From: a virus
Taxonomy: Duplodnaviria; Heunggongvirae; Uroviricota; Caudoviricetes
Strand: one strand, 5' to 3'
IMG/VR virus record: IMGVR_UViG_2602041568_000010
DNA: 6,776 bases
The translations under genes and the position numbers were made by a program. Within the stretch, counting starts at the first letter, position 1. Every line of letters begins with the position of its first letter. Shown here in pieces: positions 1 to 6,776 of the stretch. The notes beneath the pieces were generated by a model. That model worked only from the letters and a program-made list of their open reading frames with translations, did not search any database and had not been told where the DNA came from.

Positions 1-2611
<2,611 letters not shown>

Positions 2612-2637
<26 letters not shown>

Positions 2638-3157
2638 TCAGCAACCCCGGTATCAGTTCATCCAGCGCGGCTGCTTTGTTCATGGCTTTGATGATATCCC
2701 GTTTCAGGAAATCAACATGTCGGTTTTCCAGTTCCGGAAAACGCCGCTGCACCGACAGGGGGATCCCGTCGAGAATACTGGCAATTTCACCTGCGATCCG
2801 CGACAGCACGAAAGTACAGAATGCGGTTTCCACCACTTCAGCGGAGTCTCTGGCATTTTTCAGCTCCTGTGCGTCGGCCTGCGCACGCGTAAGTCGATGG
2901 CGTTCGTACTCAATAGTCCCTGGCTGGAGATCTGTCTCGCTGGCCTGCCGCAGTTCTTCAACTTCCCGGCGCAGCTTTTCGTTCTCAATTTCAGCATCCC
3001 TTTCGGCATACCATCTTATAACGGCGGCAGAGTCATAAAGCACCTCATTACCCTTGCCACCGCCTCGCAGAACGGGCATTCCCTGTTCCTGCCAGTTCTG
3101 AATGGTACGGATACTCGCACCGAAAATGTCAGCCAGCTGCTTTTTGTTGACTTCCAT
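2612..3157 (-). CDS. nu1: Terminase small subunit Nu1 (181 aa)
   Basis: ORF-track protein MEVNKKQLADIFGASIRTIQNWQEQGMPVLRGGGKGNEVLYDSAAVIRWYAERDAEIENEKLRREVEELRQ... is recognisable as lambda Nu1 with a few substitutions. Start context GTGGAATGAACA-ATG matches lambda. Sits immediately beside cosB. Confidence 0.95.
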
Positions 3158-3176
3158 TGTTCATTCCACGGCCAAA

Positions 3177-3300
3177 AACAGAGAAAGGAAACGACAGAGG
3201 CCCAAAAGCTCGTTTTCAGCACCTGTCGTTTCCTTTCTTTTCAGGGGGTATTTTAAATAAAAACATTAAGTTACGACGAAGAAGAACGGAAACGCCTTAA
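3177..3300. promoter_or_regulatory. cosB: terminase (Nu1) binding region with R1, R2, IHF site I1 and R3
   Basis: Three copies of the Nu1-binding R-element core CGTTTCC-TTTCT: R1 about 3179-3199 (cagagaaaggaaacgacagag), R2 about 3221-3242 (acctgtcgtttcctttctttt), R3 about 3279-3297 (gaagaacggaaacgcctta), with an AT-rich bendable segment (3247-3278) between R2 and R3 where lambda has the IHF site. Order and spacing from cosN match lambda, with several base differences. Confidence 0.8.
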
Positions 3301-3334
3301 ACCGGAAAATTTTCATAAATAGCGAAAACCCGCG

Positions 3335-3346
3335 AGGTCGCCGCCC
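3335..3346. other. cosN cohesive-end sequence (12 nt, reverse complement of lambda GGGCGGCGACCT)
   Basis: Plus strand reads aggtcgccgccc at 3335-3346, flanked by cgcgaggtcgccgccccgtaacctgtcgg, which is the reverse complement of the lambda cos junction ...CCGACAGGTTACG|GGGCGGCGACCTCGCG.... Confidence 0.88.
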
Positions 3347-3354
3347 CGTAACCT

Positions 3355-3376
3355 GTCGGATCGCCGGAAAGGACCC
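3355..3376. other. cosQ (packaging termination element), approximate
   Basis: Position (about 10-30 bp on the right-end side of cosN) and sequence tcggatcgccggaaaggaccc correspond to the lambda right-end segment GGGTCCTTTCCGGTGATCCGA where cosQ maps, as I recall. Exact boundaries uncertain. Confidence 0.45.
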
Positions 3377-3382
3377 GCAAAA

Positions 3383-3397
3383 TGATAATAATTATCA
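3383..3397. promoter_or_regulatory. Perfect 7-1-7 inverted repeat TGATAAT-a-ATTATCA (Fur-box-like operator candidate)
   Basis: Read directly: tgataataattatca is a perfect palindrome and matches the 7-1-7 Fur-box core TGATAATnATTATCA at 14/14 positions. It lies between cosQ and the plus-strand 77-aa gene. Function not established. Confidence 0.35.
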
Positions 3398-3545
3398 TCT
3401 ATATGTCACAACGTGCATCTACGCCATCAAACCACGTCAAATAATCAATTATGACGCAGGTATCGTATTAATTGATCTGCATCAACTTAACGTAAAAACA
3501 ACTTCAGACAATACAAATCAGCGACACTGAATACGGGGCAACCTC

Positions 3546-3779
3546 ATGTCAACGAAGAACAAAACCCGCAGAACAACAACCCGCAACATCCGCTTTCCTA
3601 ACCAAATGATTGAACAAATTAACATCGCTCTTGAGCAAAAAGGGTCCGGGAATTTCTCAGCCTGGGTCATTGAAGCCTGCCGCCGGAGACTGTGCTCAGA
3701 AAAAAGAGTTTCTTCTGAAGCAAACAAAGAAAAGAGTGACATTACTGAATTGCTCAGAAAACAGGTCAGACCAGATTGA
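3546..3779 (+). CDS. Small basic protein, 77 aa, putative ribbon-helix-helix-like DNA binder; YnfO/YlcI-like conserved lambdoid right-end ORF
   Basis: ORF-track protein MSTKNKTRRTTTRNIRFPNQMIEQINIALEQKGSGNFSAWVIEACRRRL.... Basic N-terminus, then strand-helix-loop-helix pattern (RNIRFPNQ / MIEQINIALEQ / KGSGN / FSAWVIEACRRRL) typical of RHH folds. Position and length match my memory of Qin ynfO and the lambda right-end ORF. Transcribed antisense to the late operon. Confidence 0.7.
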   Translation: MSTKNKTRRTTTRNIRFPNQMIEQINIALEQKGSGNFSAWVIEACRRRLCSEKRVSSEANKEKSDITELLRKQVRPD

Positions 3780-3836
3780 AGCAATTTAGATAATCGTGCA
3801 GACTACGCCCCCTCATATCACATGGAAGGTTTATCT

Positions 3837-4247
3837 ATGGATCAGGTAGTCATTTTTAAACAAATATTTGATAAAGTTCGAAACGATTTAAACTATCAAT
3901 GGTTTTATTCTGAGCTAAAACGTCACAATGTCTCACATTACATTTACTATTTAGCCACAGAGAATGTTCATATTGTATTAAAAAATGATAATACAGTGTT
4001 ATTAAAGGGCCTAAAAAACATTGTGTCTGTCAAATTTTCAAAGGATAGGCATCTTATAGAAACGACCTCTAATAAGCTGAAATCCAGAGAGATCACATTT
4101 CAGGAATACAGAAGAAACCTTGCTAAAGCAGGAGTTTTTCGGTGGGTTACAAATATCCACGAACAAAAAAGATATTACTATACCTTTGATAATTCATTAC
4201 TATTTACTGAAAGCATCCAGAAAACTACACAGATCTTACCACGCTAA
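3837..4247 (+). CDS. Hypothetical protein, 136 aa, YdfO-like (DUF1398-like) conserved lambdoid right-end ORF
   Basis: Part of ORF 3822..4247. I place the start at ATG 3837 ([18 protein letters not shown]...) because GGAAGG sits 7 nt upstream. Synteny (immediately after the 77-aa gene, near cos) and size match the Qin ydfO / lambda putative envelope protein position. Family assignment is from memory and not verified. Confidence 0.65.
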
Positions 4248-4255
4248 ACCATAAC

Positions 4256-4284
4256 GTCCGGCTTCTCTCACTCCTGAGCCGGAC
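4256..4284 (+). terminator. Hairpin 9 nt after the stop of the 136-aa gene (possible terminator)
   Basis: Perfect 8-bp stem GTCCGGCT / AGCCGGAC with a 13-nt loop, followed by tgcattggtttaataaaaa. The T-tract is weak, so intrinsic termination is uncertain. Confidence 0.3.
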
Positions 4285-4348
4285 TGCATTGGTTTAATAA
4301 AAACCATCAACAATTGTGATTTAGATATTCGGAACCATTCAAATATAA

Positions 4349-4369
4349 CAAAACCCCGTAAAAACGAGG
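4349..4369 (-). terminator. Rho-independent terminator candidate downstream of gnsB
   Basis: Minus-strand RNA CCUCGU-UUUU-ACGGGG (6-bp stem including one G-U pair, UUUU loop) followed by UUUUG UUAUAUUUG, about 30 nt after the gnsB stop. Confidence 0.45.
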
Positions 4370-4398
4370 TTTATGGATAAATTTTATTATTGAATACA

Positions 4399-4572
4399 TC
4401 AGATTAAATTAATCTTGACATCATAGCTTTCAAGACCCGTCATTTTTTCCCGTGCGGTAAACTGAATACTGGTAACTTCTTTCCCGGTCTTTTTCTTAAG
4501 TTCAATAATTTTTTTTGTTATATATTCAGAAATATCTGCTTCTGCTTTTGTTTTTAAGTTTTCAATATTCAT
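4399..4572 (-). CDS. gnsB: GnsB (Gns family small protein, 57 aa)
   Basis: Not in the ORF track (under 60 aa). My codon-by-codon translation of the minus strand gives (M)MNIENLKTKAEADISEYITKKIIELKKKTGKEVTSIQFTAREKMTGLESYDVKINLI-stop, recognisable as GnsA/GnsB family. SD AAGAGGA precedes tandem ATGs at 4575 and 4572; spacing favours 4572. Confidence 0.85.
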   Translation of the reverse strand: MNIENLKTKAEADISEYITKKIIELKKKTGKEVTSIQFTAREKMTGLESYDVKINLI

Positions 4573-4743
4573 CATTTCCTCTTTTAGTCTGTTATGACTT
4601 TCCAGTTACACAGTAAGTCGATTATATGGTGCAAACGTGTAAAAGATAAGATGAAACATCGCAATAATCAACATACGATAGTCTAAATTTTACACAAACA
4701 GACAAAGAGAATTTTCCTGAATTATCAATGCAATAGCATCAAA

Positions 4744-4974
4744 TCAACTCAAGAGCCTTATTGCTGCTTCCAGAATTTCTTCTGAAGTAACATGTCGATC
4801 CGCGGCTACATAAATGACTTTATGATCTCCGGTCAGAGATGGAAACCCTGCGGCCATTACAGTAAGGTGTGTTTTTTCGCCATTTGGATATTCACGCATG
4901 ATGGTGTTAACTCCAGTCATCGCTGGCACTACCACTGCTGGTTCAGAGTTAAAAAAAACTATGATTTTTTTCAT
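4744..4974 (-). CDS. Hypothetical protein, 76 aa (YmcE/YnfN-position ORF immediately upstream of gnsB)
   Basis: Inside ORF-track 4744..5016 (which begins at a TTG). I prefer the ATG at 4974: MKKIIVFFNSEPAVVVPAMTGVNTIMREYPNGEKTHLTVMAAGFPSLTGDHKVIYVAADRHVTSEEILEAAIRLLS. Composition looks like a globular protein, and a 230-nt ORF in this AT-rich stretch is unlikely by chance. Translation signals are weak. Family not recognised. Confidence 0.45.
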   Translation of the reverse strand: MKKIIVFFNSEPAVVVPAMTGVNTIMREYPNGEKTHLTVMAAGFPSLTGDHKVIYVAADRHVTSEEILEAAIRLLS

Positions 4975-5018
4975 GATGTTACCGTAGTATGTGAGTATCC
5001 ATCGAATAGACACCAAGC

Positions 5019-5039
5019 AAAAAAGCTCCCGAAGGAGCC
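5019..5039 (-). terminator. Rho-independent terminator (UUCG tetraloop hairpin plus U6)
   Basis: Minus-strand RNA GGCUCC-UUCG-GGAGC followed by UUUUUUGC: GC-rich stem, UUCG tetraloop, six U. Lies downstream of cspI and the small ORF, and upstream of the 76-aa ORF. Confidence 0.75.
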
Positions 5040-5046
5040 TTCATTT

Positions 5047-5157
5047 TCACTTTTTTAAATCCAACGACAGACGGCTGGCATTTAAGTATTGTGAAATATT
5101 ATCAAATGTAATCATCATTGATTTACAAAAGATACATTTTGCCCCGAAAGGATTCAT
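5047..5157 (-). CDS. Candidate small ORF, 36 aa (MNPFGAKCIFCKSMMITFDNISQYLNASRLSLDLKK); possibly YnfN-like, or merely cspI 3' UTR
   Basis: ATG at 5157 to TGA at 5047-5049, ending 7 nt before the strong terminator. No convincing SD. K-12 Qin has a small gene (ynfN) between cspI and gnsB, but I cannot confirm sequence identity. Confidence 0.25.
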   Translation of the reverse strand: MNPFGAKCIFCKSMMITFDNISQYLNASRLSLDLKK

Positions 5158-5245
5158 GTCAGAAACATCAAAAGATGATGTTCTATACTGGGAACCATGA
5201 CAACACGGGCATCTAAAGTGAATATGGTTTGTAATATTGTCTACC

Positions 5246-5458
5246 TCAAAGCGCCACTACATGAACAGCGGCAGGACCTTTAGGTCCGTTCTCAATACCA
5301 AATTCAACTTCCTGATTCTCAGTTAATGTTTTGAAATCGTTGCTCTGAATTGCTGAGAAATGGACAAACACATCTTTGCTGCCATCTTTCGGCGTGATGA
5401 AACCAAAACCTTTTTCAGGGTTAAACCATTTCACTAAACCAGTCATTTTGTTAGACAT
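5246..5458 (-). CDS. cspI: Cold-shock protein, CspA family (CspI-like), 70 aa
   Basis: ORF-track protein [70 protein letters not shown] carries the RNP1 (KGFGFI) and RNP2 (VFVHF) motifs of cold-shock domains. SD context AAGGTAATAATT-ATG closely resembles cspA. Confidence 0.93.
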   Translation of the reverse strand: MSNKMTGLVKWFNPEKGFGFITPKDGSKDVFVHFSAIQSNDFKTLTENQEVEFGIENGPKGPAAVHVVAL

Positions 5459-5638
5459 AATTATTACCTTTTGAAGAAATTAGCCCTTGGGCAGAATGGT
5501 CCGAAAAAAAATATCAGAGAGAAAAACCAACAAGGAAATCTCAAGAGGTACAAATAATAAAATTATAACAATGACTGCTTCAGATAAATTTGTAACAAAC
5601 CAGAACACCATTAACGCATGATTAACCACCCATAGCAA
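5459..5638 (-). promoter_or_regulatory. cspI promoter candidate and long cspA-like 5' UTR
   Basis: Minus strand: -35 TTGCTA (5633-5638), 17-nt spacer, -10 GTTAAT (5610-5615), resembling the cspA promoter (TTGCAT / CTTAAT as I recall). Predicted leader about 145 nt, beginning GGUGUUCUGGUUUGUUACA... (cold-box-like). Confidence 0.4.
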
Positions 5639-5820
5639 GGATTACTTTTGTAAAGAAAAACACAGCAATGAAAGAATAGCTTTATTTATTAATAAAACGT
5701 GTCATTCTGATTAAGACCTTTTATCTTACCCTTAAGATTTCAGGAATTTTGGCTCATGGAAGAGTCCTTTTTATTTAAATTTTACATTCCGCGATGTAAA
5801 TGTTCCGATTTAATATTACC

Positions 5821-6776
<956 letters not shown>

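Noticed and set aside
2676-3256. Plus-strand ORFs 2676..3038 and 2717..3256 and minus-strand ORF 3016..3222
   Set aside because: Antisense or off-frame relative to Nu1 and running into cosB; no plausible start context. The region is explained by Nu1 and the R-element repeats.
3177-3300. R1/R2/R3 repeats considered as a possible CRISPR-like or iteron array
   Set aside because: Only three copies, in mixed orientation with unequal spacing, immediately beside cosN and Nu1. They are the terminase-binding cosB elements, not a CRISPR array or replication iterons.
3518-3784. Minus-strand ORF 3518..3784 (88 aa)
   Set aside because: Antisense to the 77-aa plus-strand gene, which has the conserved, structured-looking product. 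This one is low-complexity and has no family resemblance.
4792-5200. Plus-strand ORFs 4792..5058 and 4991..5200
   Set aside because: Antisense to the 76-aa ORF, the terminator and the small-ORF region. Translations are rich in Trp, His, Cys and Phe and look non-protein-like.
5746-5775. Plus-strand hairpin GGCTC-ATGGAA-GAGtCC followed by TTTTTATTT
   Set aside because: The stem is only 5 bp with a bulge, and no plus-strand gene ends upstream of it. Probably a chance structure in AT-rich DNA rather than a terminator.

Overview
This window is the cos/packaging junction of a lambda-like prophage from an enterobacterium, drawn in reverse orientation to the standard lambda map. The late operon runs right to left on the minus strand: lysozyme (partial, runs off the right edge), an Rz-like i-spanin with an embedded Rz1-like lipoprotein o-spanin, a CspA-family cold-shock gene (CspI-like), a 76-aa hypothetical, gnsB, then the cos site (cosQ-cosN-cosB), terminase small subunit Nu1, terminase large subunit A, head-tail connector W and the N-terminal part of portal B. 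Between cos and the lysis genes lies an AT-rich accessory island (about 3380-5820). It holds two plus-strand genes transcribed antisense to the late operon (77 aa and 136 aa), followed by the minus-strand cold-associated genes; this matches what I remember of the E. coli K-12 Qin prophage (ynfO-ydfO-gnsB-ynfN-cspI-rzpQ-rrrQ), but I cannot run a search to confirm. Two N-runs (420-448, 2456-2483) lie inside B and A and do not preserve length or frame. I see no CRISPR array, tRNA or rRNA. Nothing here is demonstrably a new system. The best candidates for follow-up are the cos-proximal antisense two-gene cassette, the 76-aa ORF/GnsB pair, a perfect Fur-box-like palindrome beside cosQ, and a lysozyme whose expected catalytic Glu position reads as Pro. 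All protein identifications are from my own recognition of the translations, not from database hits.
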